A stretch of DNA of 64,000 nt, taken from Octopus sinensis. Lineage: Eukaryota. Each line of letters begins with the position of its first letter. The stretch's first letter is position 1. The stretch lies in NCBI RefSeq assembly GCF_006345805.1, contig NC_043000.1, positions 15,686,001-15,750,000 on the forward strand. The letters are read 5' to 3'. The position numbers and the translations under genes are program-made. Under the pieces are notes generated by a model. It saw only the letters and a list, made by a program, of their open reading frames with translations, was not told the origin of the DNA and did not search any database. Shown in pieces: positions 48,909-61,752 of the stretch.

Positions 48909-51506
48909 AATGGAGTGAGTAGGGTGTGAAGCTTTTATGTCTTATGTGCAAGGAGCTAAGTGCCTATGAACCTGGTAATCCTTCAACTAAATATAAACAC
49001 AGCATTTCCTTCCACTTCATTTTTCTACCCTTTCATCTTCCTATTCTTAGATCACAGGAATAACACAACACATTTTGTTCTCACAAAACAAAATTTTTTT
49101 CCTTGTGCAATTCTTTTTATTACATATTTGTTGAGGAACATTAAAATACAAATCTAAAGATGTTAAAAATAAAAGTTTGAAGTGGGTTTTTTTCTCCCCC
49201 TAAGAATGGTAATGTCATGTGTGACAAACATTAATACTGAAAAATACCCTGAAAGGTGTAATGAAACAGTGGGGATGCAGGCTTAAGAGATTTGATAAAC
49301 ATGAATTTTTAAAAAACAAATTGTCTTCAAAAATATGATTTGCATGTGTTTCAGAATGTGCAATATTATAAAATGACAAAAAAATTCAGAAAAGAGGGGA
49401 AAAAATTCTTTTTAATCATGACAGCTATTCTGAAGGCATGGTGCAGGGGTGAGATAAAAAGTTTGAAAAACATGGATTTTTGAAAAATTTGTTTTCTTAA
49501 AATGTTTTAGAATTTTGGATTTTAGAAAATGACAAAAATACCTCCCAAAAATCCCATAAGCATTTCATTTTAGCTGTGATAGCTATTATTAAAAGTCCAT
49601 TATTATTTCAGTTGTGGGGCTCTTTAGGCTTGTAAGTTGCAAAGCCACCTCACTAGTGTTGGTGCCAAGTGTAGCCAGTATACTCTGAAAAGTATTTGTT
49701 CTTTGAGAGACATTGGGGCATGACATGTTTTTCTGATCCATCAAAACATTGTTAAACCATCCGACCTTTGCCATCATTGGAAGCAGATGTAAAGTTATGA
49801 TGACCATTCATTCATTCATTCATTAGGAGTTGTTCTAGTGCCATTCAGTCGAAGCTGACAGAAAACAGAATGGCAATGATAGAGTTTGAAATTTTACCAA
49901 TATTTTATGATCTTGTTTACTTAGTCTTTTTTTTTTTTTTACATATCTTTAAACTATTTTGTTAATCCTCACAATACTATAATTATTTCAATGATAATAT
50001 ACTCTTCTAAGAGAAAATTTTCTTAGGGAAATTCGAAGCTATTATCAATGTAGTGCCAAATCATTTTTCCTGCTGATGAACTCTGCTATTGATTCTGAAA
50101 TTACCCAAGCTTATGTAAATGTAGACAGTACCTGTGCTCAGGATTGCAAATAGCTACCCTAGCACTAAGTCATTGTGCTTTTGAATCTAATACATTAAGT
50201 TTGGTTAGCTACTTCTTCTGTAGCTATCTTATTTATGTTGGTTCTGTTAGTCAGAGGTTTTAGCACTTAAAATTTTAGGGATTTGTGTTGCTTCTGCATT
50301 AAAATATTAAACGACTAATGTTAGAAAGGCTTTTCTTTAATTCATGTTGTTTGGAGATTATAACTAGAGGATTTAGAGCTGGGATTGATGATGGCTGTGA
50401 TTTGTTTGGAAAAAGATATAGCTGGCACGTGCTGTATTTAGATAGTTCCTTTCTGCTTCTTAATTTTTTTTTTTTGTATGAAATAACATTAGTCGAATTC
50501 TGGTGAGACCATCTTCTTCTATTATGGATTCTTAGGTGATTGTACATCCCAATTCTTCAGATGCAGCTTTGGTCCGAAACAGAATATATGAATGTTTGGT
50601 TGGAGAGGCTAGACATTAATCTACAAGTGTATGCCACTTTTCGCCCTTCTCCTGTCAGTATTGAGTGCATTTCTTTTCGACTTCATTAATTTAACCTCCG
50701 GTGTAAGAACATCAAAATGAGTGGCTAGTAACAATGCCTTCCACTTTAAAAAGGTCAATGTTATTCCTTTTAAGTGATCTTCAATTAAAATAATGTTATA
50801 AACGAAATCTATATTATGGCAATCCTTTATTTTCCTTATAAACATGATTGATTTTCGTTTTTGTTTTTGTTCTCTTACAGACAAGTCTCTGCTATATTTT
50901 ATTACCAAACACTGATGATTCTTTGTAAAGAAATTATTGATTAAGAAAACTAGAGTGTCTTGTAACAGAAAAGTCTTAAAGAAAACTGTGTTTTTCACTT
51001 AAATATCATTCAGACTGTCATCCAGACTTTACTGCACCATGCTCTCAGACTCGAAACTTATTGAACTTCACTCAAGTTTTTAGGTTTCAGTGAAGTTCAC
51101 TAAGTTTTGATTGAAATAACGAATGTGCCATCAAATAAGTCTTCTCTTGTTTTTTTGTTTTGTTCATAGCTTGTTCAACCACAGTTAGATAAATAAATAA
51201 TAAAGATAATTGTTAATTTTGTACAACATTAACAAAATTACATTCACATAGTAAAACTGAATAGATTCACATCCCAGGTTAAAAGTAGAAGAGATGAAAA
51301 TAAAAGAAGAATTATATCTTCTTTCATGAGATTATTTGCCTTGGGTTTGTGTCATGCTGATGTTTTCTAAATAAATTGAAATAGTGTTATATATGATTAC
51401 CTATGACTATAAATTTTAAGATCTTTGCAATGAGTAAGCTAAAAAAAAAATGTATATTCTGTGCATCATCAATTTGAAAGCAAATATTAAAATATTTTTG
51501 CTAACA

Positions 51507-52085
51507 AGGCACAGGAATGGCTGTGTGGTAAGTAGCTTGCTTACCAACCACATGGTTCCGGGTTCATTCCCACTGCGTGGCACCTTGGGCATATGTCTTC
51601 TACTATAGCCTTGGCCCAACCAAAGCCTTGTAAGTGGATTTGGTAGACAGAAACTGAAAGAAGCCCATCGTATATATGTGTGTGTGTGTGTATATGTTTG
51701 TGTGTCTGTGTTTGTCCCCCCAACATCGCTTGACAACCGATGCTGGTGTGTTTATGTTCCCATAATTTAGCTGTTCGGCAAAAGAGACCAATAGAATAAG
51801 TACTAGGCTTACAAAGAATAAGTCCTGGGGTCGATTTGCTCGACTACATGTGGTGCTCCAGCATGGCCACATGAGACAGACACAAATACACACACACACA
51901 TCATATAAATAATATGTATATGTACGACAGGCTTCTACATAGTTTCTTTCTACCAAATTCACTCGCAAGGTATTTGTTGGCCTTGAGCTCTCATAGAAGA
52001 CGCTTGCTCAAGGTGCTGTGCTGTGGGACTGAACTGAAAGCCATATTGTTGCAAAGCGAAAGCAAGCTTCTTAATCACATAGCCA
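51507..52085. mobile_element. SINE family B (+, 51507-51870) and inverted B head (-, 51925-52085)
   Basis: Recognisable heads in opposite orientation. Confidence 0.85.
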
Positions 52086-52386
52086 TGGCTTGCGTGTGAA
52101 TTTCATTACAGCTTATCTACAAACACACTGTCTCAGCAATTTAGTTAATTAATATAATTATATTTTATTTCATTTGGCTCTGCTAGAAGTTGGTACTAAA
52201 ACATATGTTGAAGTCTGCAACTGTTTGGTAATGATAACTGAAAGAGAATAAAGACAGTTTCATGAAAGCAGAGAATTTTTGCAAAGAAAATCAAAGCATT
52301 TAATGTCTGACAGACGAAAAGATAATGTTCTTAACTTAAGCTCTTTTCTTGTCTAAAGAAAATAAGAAGTAATGTAGAATATCATC

Positions 52387-52780
52387 ATCGTCATTTATCA
52401 TCATCATCATTTAACGTCCGTTTTCCGCGCTAGCACGGGTTGGACGGTTCGACCGGGGTCTGGAAAGCCAGGGGCTGCTCCAGGCTCCAGTCTGATCTGG
52501 CAATGTTTCTACGGCTGGATGCCCTTCCTAACACCAACCACTCTGCGAGTGTAGTGGGTGCCTTTTACGTGCCACCTACACAGGTGCCAGGGGGGGTCGG
52601 CATCGGTCACGATCGGTTGGAGCTTTTAACGTGTCAGCAGCACGGAAGCCAGCCAAGGCGGTGCTGGCAACGTTCGGATGGTGCTTTTTATGTGCCACTG
52701 GCACAGAAGCCAGTCAGAGCGGCGCTGGCATCGGCCACGTTCGGATGGTGCTTTTTATGTGCCACCGGCACAGAAGCCAG
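52387..52780 (-). mobile_element. SINE family A with 4-5 head units
   Basis: Tail, core and repeated GTGCCAC.GGCAC units. Confidence 0.88.
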
Positions 52781-52894
52781 TAAAAGTATAGTAAAAATTA
52801 ACTTCAAATAGTATAAAATATACAATAAATTACTGTTATTGTTTGGCTATATTTAAACAGGATTTTAAAATTGTTAAAAAAAAAGTAAATATGG

Positions 52895-53220
52895 TTGTGG
52901 GGTAAAGAAGCTCGTTTTGCAACCATGTGGTTACAGGTTCGGTCCCACTGCATGACACTCTGGGCAAGTATCTTCTACTACAGCCCCAGCTCAATCAATG
53001 TTTTATGAATGAATTTGGCGTAGGGAAACTATGTGGAAGTCTGTCATGTGTGTGTGTCTTTGTGTTTGTTTCTGTCCCCATAACTTAGCAAAAGGAGACT
53101 GATAAAATAGTACCAGATTTTTAAAAAAAAATAAGTATTGGGGTTAGTTTGTTCAGTTAGACCTTTCAAAGTGGTGCCCCAGTATGGCCACAGCTCAATG
53201 TCTTGAATAAGTAAAAGGTA
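52895..53220 (+). mobile_element. SINE family B, old and diverged
   Basis: Degenerate head and tail. Confidence 0.65.
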
Positions 53221-53274
53221 AATAATTTTAAAGATTTTTTTTTTAAAATCAAACATTGTTTTACGCCTTACTAC

Positions 53275-54428
53275 CAGCGTCGCATTACTGGCATCTGTGC
53301 CGGTGACATGTGTAAAAAGATTCGAGCGAGGTCTTTGCCAGTACCGCCTGACTGGCCCCCGTGCTGGTATAAAAAGATTCGAGCGAGGTCTTTGCCAGTA
53401 CCGCCTGACTGGCCCCCCGTGCTGGTATAAAAAGATTCGAGCGAGGTCTTTGCCAGTACCGCCTGACTGGCCCCCGTGCTGGTATAAAAAGATTTGAGCG
53501 AGGTCTTTGCCAGTACCGCCTGACTGGCCCCCCGTGCTGGTATAAAAAGATTTGAGCAAGGTCGTTGCCAGTACCGCCTGACTGGCCCCCGTGCTGGTAT
53601 AAAAAGATTTGAGCGAGGTCGTTGCCAGTACCGCCTGACTGGCCCCCGTGCTGGTATAAAAAGATTCGAGCGAGGTCTTTGCCAGTACCGCCTGACTGGC
53701 CCCCGTGCTGGTATAAAAAGATTTGAGCGAGGTCGTTGCCAGTACCGCCTGACTGGCCCCCGTGCTGGTATAAAAAGATTTGAGCGAGGTCGTTGCCAGT
53801 ACCGCCTGACTGGCCCCCGTGCTGGTATAAAAAGATTTGAGCGAGGTCGTTGCCAGTACCGCCTGACTGGCCCCCCGTGCTGGTATAAAAAGATTCGAGC
53901 GAGGTCTTTGCCAGTACCGCCTGACTGGCCCCCGTGCTGGTATAAAAAGATTTGAGCGAGGTCGTTGCCAGTACCGCCTGACTGGCCCCCCGTGCTGGTA
54001 TAAAAAGATTTGAGCAAGGTCGTTGCCAGTACCGCCTGACTGGCCCCCCCCGTGCTGGTGTAAAAAGATTTGAGCAAGGTCGGTCGTTGCCAGTACTACC
54101 TGACTGGCCCCCCGTGCTGGTGCAAAAAGATTTGAGCAAGGTCGGTCGTTGCCAGTACCGCCTGACTGGCCTCCGTGCTGGTGTAAAAAGATTTGAGCGA
54201 GATCGTTGCCAGTACCGCCTGACTGGCCCCCGTGCCGGTGGCACGTAAAAAGCACCCACTACACTCTCAGAGTGGTTGGCGTTAGGAAGGGCATCCAACT
54301 GTAGAAACTCTGCGAGATCAGATTGGAGCCTGGTGCAGCCATCTGGTTTGCCAGCCCTCAGTCAAAATCGTCCAACCCATGCTAGCATGGAAAGCGGACG
54401 TTAAACGATGATGATGATGATGATGATG
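53275..54428 (+). mobile_element. SINE family A with expanded 5' tandem array
   Basis: Core and (GAT)n tail at 54232-54428, preceded by the array. Confidence 0.92.
53297..54231 (+). repeat. Minisatellite, 16 units of 57-64 bp
   Basis: Consensus GTGCTGGTATAAAAAGATTYGAGCGAGGTCKTTGCCAGTACCGCCTGACTGGCCCCC; units start at 53297, 53361, 53419, 53476 ... 54175. Confidence 0.97.
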
Positions 54429-54944
54429 AATGGCTGATTATGGTTTGAACTCTTTCAATCATAGGTCAACAGGCTCAGTGCAGGACTAGGGCTAAACAAT
54501 GACATTTTTAGTAAACCTCTTGTCATGTAAAGAGTCGCCTTGTGGACAGTGTGTCCTTTAGTAATAGCACTGGGCTTTAATGGTTCATTTCTATTGCAGC
54601 AATGAAAGAGACAGAAACAATTAAGAGTTTGTTGTGGCTGTAATACTATTTTCTGTCGTTAAATGAAAGACTACATTGTAATATTACCAATCAAACATAG
54701 TACCATTTATAGTCTCCTCTCCAAACAGCACACCCTCTTTCATTATTACATTATTTCTTTGGTTTCTTGTTATCCAAAGGACAACTTTTGTCTGTGCTAA
54801 GACTGTTTGCATTTGCAGATATTTTTTTTGGTTTGTTTTGTTTTTCTTTTACGTATTCATTTTGTTTGAATGCTGTTGAAATGTTATTCAGCAAACAAAA
54901 CATCTAGTTCAACTTATATAATGACAGGCTCATTGGATCTTTTC

Positions 54945-54982
54945 TTACTACTACTGCTGCTGCTACTACTGCTGCTGCTGCG

Positions 54983-55028
<46 letters not shown>

Positions 55029-55405
55029 ATAATAATAATAATAATATAATAGTAATAATAGTAATAGTAATAATAGTAATAATAATAGTAGTAATAATAA
55101 TAGTAATAGTAATAATAATAATAATAGCAATAATAATAATAGTAATAGTAATAATAATAGTAATAATAATAGCAATAATAATAGTAATAATAATAGCAAT
55201 AATAATAATAGTAATAATAATAGCAATAATAATAATAGTAATAGTAATAATAATAGTAATAATAATAATAGTAATAATAATAATAATAGTAATAATAATA
55301 ATAGTAATAATAATAATAATAGTAATAATAATAATAGTAATAATAATAATAATAGTAATAACAATAATAATAGTAATAATAATAATGATGATGATGATGA
55401 TGATG
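54945..55405. repeat. (CTA/CTG)n - (AAT/AGT/AGC)n - (GAT)n compound microsatellite
   Basis: Trinucleotide runs; source of the poly-Leu ORF. Confidence 0.97.
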
Positions 55406-55701
55406 ATTTGTAATATAAGTACAATACCCTTAACATCTGGAAATGAACGGAAGGTGCAGTCATTTAAATGACTCCCCCAGTTTTTGACTAATTATTTATG
55501 ATAATTTATGTTATCATATATTACATCCTTTTACAGTGTGAGGTTATCTTTGCTAACCTCAGAATGCAAAAGGGCTGCAATTCAATACTGCAATTTTCAT
55601 TATTCAGTTTAGCCAAAATGGTAACAGCATGGAGGCACATAGCTTAGTAGTTAGGGTGTTGCACTCATGGTCATAAGACAGCATCCCATCCAGCAGGGAA
55701 T

Positions 55702-55925
55702 ATCATCATCATTTAGCGTCCGTTTTCCATGCTATCATGGGTTGGACAGTTCAACTGGGGTCTGTGAAGCCAGAATGCTTCATCAGGCCCAGTCTGATCT
55801 GGCAAACGGCCACGAACGGATGGTGCTTTTACATGCATCGGCACGGGGGCCAGACGAGGCTGGCAACGGACACAAACGGATGGTGCTTTTACGTGTCACT
55901 GGCACGGGGGCCAATGCCACAAAAG
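55702..55925 (-). mobile_element. SINE family A, internally deleted
   Basis: Tail followed directly by head units; Meta-like core missing. Confidence 0.75.
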
Positions 55926-55987
55926 CCTGCCTTATGAGTTTTTATGACTCGGGAAGGAGCTAAATAATAGCAACAACAACAATAATG

Positions 55988-56022
<35 letters not shown>

Positions 56023-56023
<1 letters not shown>

Positions 56024-56546
56024 CCCCGATGCAGTACCAGGCGGTGGCTCTCGTGGCTTCTGATCTTAACTGATTGGAAGTGTTATCATGTACATTGTTT
56101 TGTCTTGGTATAAAAGATGGGCTACAGCAAATATTCTGCTCAATACCACAGATTTGCTTGTCAGTTGTTTGACCTTAACCAGTTGACCACGTCCCTTAGT
56201 GGCTGATGATATGTGCATCTCTGATCACGAGCTGAAGTAGCCATGTGTTGAGAGGGATTCTTAGAGGTTTGGATAATTCACCTTTGGAAACATGGGTGGT
56301 TCATTCAACATCCTTAAACAATCCTTATTCAGGGACCTTTTGAGCGGGATGGGTTACTCGACCAGAAGAAAATTCTAACTGGGCTCCACCTGCAAGGTCA
56401 TGTGCTGTTTATCTTGATATGAGATCACCATGTCGCGCACGTATCATTGTGATGCATGTGCTTAGACGGGTAGTCATGATGGGTATACTGGGCTTCGTAT
56501 ATTTTACCCCAGTGTCACTTTAATGGCATGCACTGCTCTCTCACTC
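56023..56546. mobile_element. 524 bp unclassified element embedded in (AAT)n; possibly R4/Dong-related
   Basis: Sharp ends against (AAT)n on both sides; no ORF or TIR. Confidence 0.55.
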
Positions 56547-56577
56547 AATAATAATAATAATAATAATAATGATAATA

Positions 56578-56720
56578 ATCACAAGGCCTGAATTTTGGTG
56601 AGACGGATTAATCAATTACATTGAACCTAGTGCTCAATTGGTATTCATTGTATTGACCCTAAAAGGATGAAAGGAAAAGTTGACCTCAGCAGCATTTGAA
56701 CTCAGAATATAAATCCAGAA
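56578..56720 (-). mobile_element. SINE family C, partial
   Basis: AAAGGATGAAAGGAAAAGTTGACCTC..GAACTCAGAA core. Confidence 0.75.
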
Positions 56721-57666
56721 CAATGCACCCAAAATCTCGTTATTCAATGTATCTTTATTCTCTAAGATGATAGCTGTAATTAGAGTCTTGTAAAGTAATA
56801 TGTAAAGTGAAAGCAGGGTTCTATGTGTGTGAGTGCATGTGTTAAAATATGAAGAAGATATTGTATATGGAGTGTGTTAACACTCTCAATTACCTGTGTA
56901 GAGTGTGTCTATGTGTTTGTTATTTGTGTAACACTCCCTTTTCTAATTGCAATTAAAAAGAATATTCATCTTGAAAAATTCAAAACGAAAGAAGTAATTT
57001 GTTTGTTCATTCAGTTTCACATATTCTGATGCACATGTTAATATGTTGCAATTCAGTAGCGATAAATTCACCAATGCACATCCAGTTAACTTATGAAGGA
57101 TTAACGAAAGATAACGTTGACTTCAAATAAAGTGGTGGCTGTGTTGATGACTGTAAGAGGTTTTTTTTTTTGGTTTTTTTTTATGGTTGTTGGTATTTAT
57201 GATTGTTGTGATGACGATGTTAGAATTGTTAATGGTTGCATTGTTTGCCATTTGTCGTGATGACGTAGTGGAAGTGGAGGAGGAATCTAGTTAGCTGTGG
57301 TGGTAGAAGTAAGAGTTGATGCAGTGAAGCAGATTGTCTTTATATCAGTTCTTTGACAGTCAAAATTCAGTTTTATTTCAAATGCAGTTTCCTGCCAGTC
57401 ACTATGTAAGTAAGGCTGCTACCTATCTTTTAGATCTGCTGAGTATCACATGTTGCTATAGATACCATAACTAACACAATAATATATCTATGGGTGAAAA
57501 AAGGAAAACGGTCACCCTTACAGCAAATGAAACTTGTGTATTTTTATCATCATCATCATCATCATCATAATTAGTGACCATGATTTAATACTCAATTTTC
57601 TATGCTGACAAAAATGGATTGTTTTGCTCAGTTGAATACTTTATCTTCATCACCATCGTTTTCTTC

Positions 57667-57689
<23 letters not shown>

Positions 57690-57697
<8 letters not shown>

Positions 57698-58250
57698 ACA
57701 ACAGTAGCAATAGCCTGTGTCCACTTTCCCATACTGGATTGAGTTAGATAGATGTGTTCCAACACAGCATCTCATCACGTGTAGTCCTTAGATAACTGTT
57801 TAATAAAGTCCAGTAATCTGAGATCAGACCTCACCAATTCCCCCTCGAGTCTTTTGCAGTCTTTCTCTTCAACAGGCTCCCATCCCTTGCATTGTTTTCA
57901 ACACATTTCTAACTTACTCTTATTCTTCATATACATTATGTCCTTACATCAGTACAATTTCTTCTGCATATCACAACTTCATACCAGCATACTGTGACTG
58001 ATTCTTCTATCGCTCAGTTTTTCTCTCATCATATCCATGCTTCATTGTTCATGTTTGTTGTTATTACACATTGAGTAGAACATGCTCACCTTCTTCCTTT
58101 CCATCCCCAAAACACCCTTCATATTCAAAGCTTTTGTCTAATAACTATACAACCTAACACTTTACACATAACCATTATGTATTTTGCCCTTCACTCACAC
58201 TTTCCTATAAACTTCCTATCGAATATATTATATCCAGTATATCTAACTGG
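57690..58250 (-). mobile_element. Decayed RTE LINE 3' end
   Basis: Frameshifted RTE C-terminal pattern; 3' end AGTATGGGAAAGTGGAC resembles the family A/F tail. Confidence 0.6.
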
Positions 58251-58434
58251 GGACATTTTTACTTGAAGTTGATTCTTTAGTCTTCTATTTATTTTTATTT
58301 TCTGTTCTCTTTTGCCATTTCTATTGTTGCTGCTTTCAGAAGACATTGATGCATTGGGTTTCTAATAAATCTCTTATAAAAGCTTCCTCAATTGATGAGA
58401 TCATTGATAGACATCTCTGTATATGGCTTTACAC

Positions 58435-59253
58435 CAGTGGTTCTCAACCAGGGTTCACATAAACTTTGGGAGTCTATAAAAGATTTTGTTGCTAGAGTTT
58501 TTGGTTTATGTTTCCGGGTTTAGTCCCACTGCATGGCACCTTGGGCAAGTGTCTTCTACTATAGCCTTGGGCCGACCAAAGCTTTGTGAGTGGATTTGGT
58601 AGACGGAAACTGAAAGAAGCCCGTCATATATATGTATGTATATATATAATATATATATATATATTATATATATATATATATATAATATATATATATATTT
58701 CTACTATAGCCTCGGGCCAACCAAAGCCTTGTGAGTGGATTTGGTAGACAGAAACTGAAAGAAGCCTGTCGTATATATGTATATGTATATGTGTGTGTGT
58801 GTATGTATATATATATATATATAGATATATATAGATATATATATGTATGAATGTATGTATGTATGTGTGTATATGTTTGTGTGTCTGTGTTTGTCCCCCC
58901 AACATCGCTTGACAATCGATGCTGGTGTGTTTACGTCCCTGTAACTTAGCTGTTCGGCAAAAGAAACCGATAGAATAAGTACTAGGCTTACAAAGAATAA
59001 GTCCTAGGGTCGACTTGCTTGACTAAAGGCAGTGCTCCAGCATGGCCACATTCAAATGACTGAAACAAGTAAAAGAGTAATAAATTGGTTATTCTTATAC
59101 TCTACACAAAATACTTGAACAATTTTTTTATACAATTCTTAATAATATTTAATCATAAAAATATAACAGGATCTTTTTAACAAGAGACGGTCCAGTAGAT
59201 TAAAGTAGGAATCAAAGTGGGCCCATTAGCAAAAAAATGTTTGAGAGCCACTG
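58435..59253. mobile_element. hAT MITE containing two nested family B SINE segments (58505-59080)
   Basis: TIR CAGTGGTTCTCAA/TTGAGAGCCACTG; degenerate TSD CTTTACAC/CTTCAAAC. Confidence 0.8.
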
Positions 59254-60169
59254 CTTCAAACTTACAACTGTATTTACCTGTTACAGAATGTCTGAAGGAA
59301 ATAATATTTCTGTTTGGTCACTGAACCTAATTGTAAAAGCAGCTAAATATCCCTCAGAGCACTTCCTGTCACCTTAAAAAAAAAAAAGAAAAGGCCTCAT
59401 TGGCAAATATGCTGAACTCAATGTTTAGGAAAAAAATAGGATGATCATAGCTGGAATACCTTTCTTTGATTTTAGCTCAACTTAACTCTTTTGTTACCAA
59501 ATTTCTCTCAAAGTACACTGCTTTTGTTTCTACTGATTGCAAAAATAATGAAGAATTTAACAAAATAATTTTGTCATTGTTATGCTGATGCTTGAAACAT
59601 AAATGAACAGGAAATTTTGATAAAACTGTTTTACTTCAGATTTTACAAAATTACTCACTTTATAACAGGAAATTTATGTCAAAGAACTAGGGGGAGACTC
59701 TGACAGGTTGTTATTAAATGAGTTTAATCGGGGCTAAAACATAACATACATCTCAACATAAAAAACAGACTTTACACTGACACAATAATAAAACCATCAT
59801 CATATGTTGTTTTTTTATTAGTATTTCTTGTGACCCAGTATATTTACCAAAGTTGAAGATTATATGCTGTGACATATTCTAATACAATAATGCTGTGTGT
59901 TTCTTTCGTAATTTATTCAACAATTATCTTAATTAATCACCAGACTTTGCGTTTAATTGTCTTGTGTTCACCTACAGAGCATTAATTAATTCTGCTATTC
60001 TCTGAAGATATAACAATTTAAGTGCAATCTGGTATTTTAATAATTTCCAACTGCTCCATATAAAAAATGCATTGAAATACTTTATAGAATTTTGGCAAGT
60101 TATAATAATTTCAGAAAGTGATAAATGTTTGTGTAAGCCTATCAGTGCATTGAAGTGTTACCGTACACG

Positions 60170-60172
60170 CAT

Positions 60173-60242
<70 letters not shown>
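60170..60242. repeat. (CA)n microsatellite
   Basis: Long pure CA run. Confidence 0.97.
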
Positions 60243-60247
<5 letters not shown>

Positions 60248-60530
60248 TGGTAAGTGTTCATGTGCTGTTTAGATTAGTTATTTTGTTACAGCCTTTTGTC
60301 TTCCACATCTTGTTACTTGCTTTCCCCTCTACAACAATCATTAGCCTTTAGTCTCTATTTCAGCTCATAGTACTCCGATGTACATCATTCAGTTTTATAC
60401 TCAATCTGATTCATACTGATACTGACAATCACAAACTTACCAATTCCACTCCAACTATTCTTACATTGTGTTCATGTGTACACACACAAACACACACACA
60501 ATTCTAACGTGGTTTTGTGTAAGTTATACC

Positions 60531-60943
60531 TAGGAGTGGCTGTGTGGTAAGTAGTTTGCTTACCAACCACATGGTTCCGGGTTCAGTCCCACTGCATGGT
60601 ATCTTGGGCAAGTGTCTTCTACTTTAGCCTCAGACTGACCAAAGCCTTGTGAGTGGATTTGGTAGACGGAAACTGAAAGAAGCCCGTCGTATATATGTAT
60701 ATATATGTGTGTGTGTGTGTGTGTGTTTATGTTTGTGTGTCTGTGTTTGTCTCCCTAGCATTGCTTGACAACCGACGCTGGTGTGTTTATGTCCCCGTAA
60801 CTTAGCAGTTCGGCAAAAAGAGACCGATAGAATAAGTACTAGGCTTACAAAGAATAAGTCCCAGGGTCGATTTGCTCGACTAATGGTGGTGCTCCAGCAT
60901 GGCTGCAGTCAAATGCCTGAAACAAGTAAAAGAGTAAAAGAGT
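60531..60943 (+). mobile_element. SINE family B, full length
   Basis: Head, microsatellite, body and tail. Confidence 0.92.
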
Positions 60944-60959
60944 AAATTAGATGTCAATG

Positions 60960-61485
60960 AACTGGGGTAAATTACCCCAAGTGGGGTAAAAATGAAATTC
61001 TTGAGAGTAATGAGGAGAACTCGTTAGACAAGTAAAATTATATAAAAAAAAACATGTGCCCTGTTATGACAGAAATTTTTCTTCTGGTATGAGGAGGCAA
61101 TCAAAAAGTTTCTACCTTTTGAAACAACCTACCTTTGCAAACAAGGATTTTCCTCTCTAATGAACATAAAAACAAAGCAGAGTAATCAATTGGACCCTGA
61201 AGACTATCCAAATTGCTCTGGCATCTAAATGCCCCAATTTTGACATAATTGTAGTACAAATGAAACAACATCATTTCTCCAAAACCTGAAGTGAAAACAT
61301 TTCTAGAAAAATCCTTTTGTTCCATAATGAGGATATTAATTTATTTTTGTACTTCTTATATTTTTAATATAAATAGATTCGATAAGCCTTTTGAATTCAA
61401 AGAATCTATGATTTTCTTCCTTTCAAATGTCAGCATAAATGAATATATTTTGGGGTAATTGGTTAAAAAAAGTTCCACAACCCCT
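60960..61485 (+). mobile_element. hAT (Buster/Charlie-like) deletion derivative with transposase C-terminus
   Basis: KKFLPFETTYLCKQGFSSLMNIKTK..LDPED / IALASKCPNFDIIV (hAT dimerisation domain, frameshifted); GGGGTAA subterminal repeats; ends ACCCCTG. Confidence 0.8.
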
Positions 61486-61519
61486 GACCTACATTAACAG
61501 CTAATATTGTTTATGATTA

Positions 61520-61752
61520 GGGTGGCAAGCTAGCAGAATTATTAGCACACTGGGTGAAATGCTTAGTGGTATTTCATCTGCCATTACATTCTGAGTTCAA
61601 ATTCTGCTGAGGTTGACTTTGCCTTTCATCCTTTCGGGGTCGATTAAATAAGTACCAGTTACACACTGGATCATTGTAATCAACTTAATCCCTTTGTCTG
61701 TCCTTGTTTGTCCCCTTTATGTTTAGCCCCCCTGTGGGCAGTAAAGAAATAA
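61520..61752 (+). mobile_element. SINE family C, full length
   Basis: Head, core and GTAAAGAAATA tail. Confidence 0.88.

Noticed and set aside
50621-50998. 125 aa minus-strand ORF
   Set aside because: No domain signature or convincing splice context; AT-rich chance ORF.
53044-54298. 268-403 aa repetitive ORFs, and a CRISPR-like reading of the array
   Set aside because: The ORFs are open because the 57 bp unit lacks stops. The units have no unique spacers, there are no cas genes, and the context is a eukaryotic SINE.
55026-55463. 145 aa poly-Leu ORF
   Set aside because: Translation of an (AAT/AGT)n microsatellite.
56023-56110. U2 snRNA-like or HDV-ribozyme-like sequence at the element end
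   Set aside because: Only short scattered word matches; no P1 or pseudoknot pairing found by eye.
58396-58417. bantam-like miRNA (TGAGATCATTG)
   Set aside because: Match is limited to ~11 nt and no precursor hairpin is evident.
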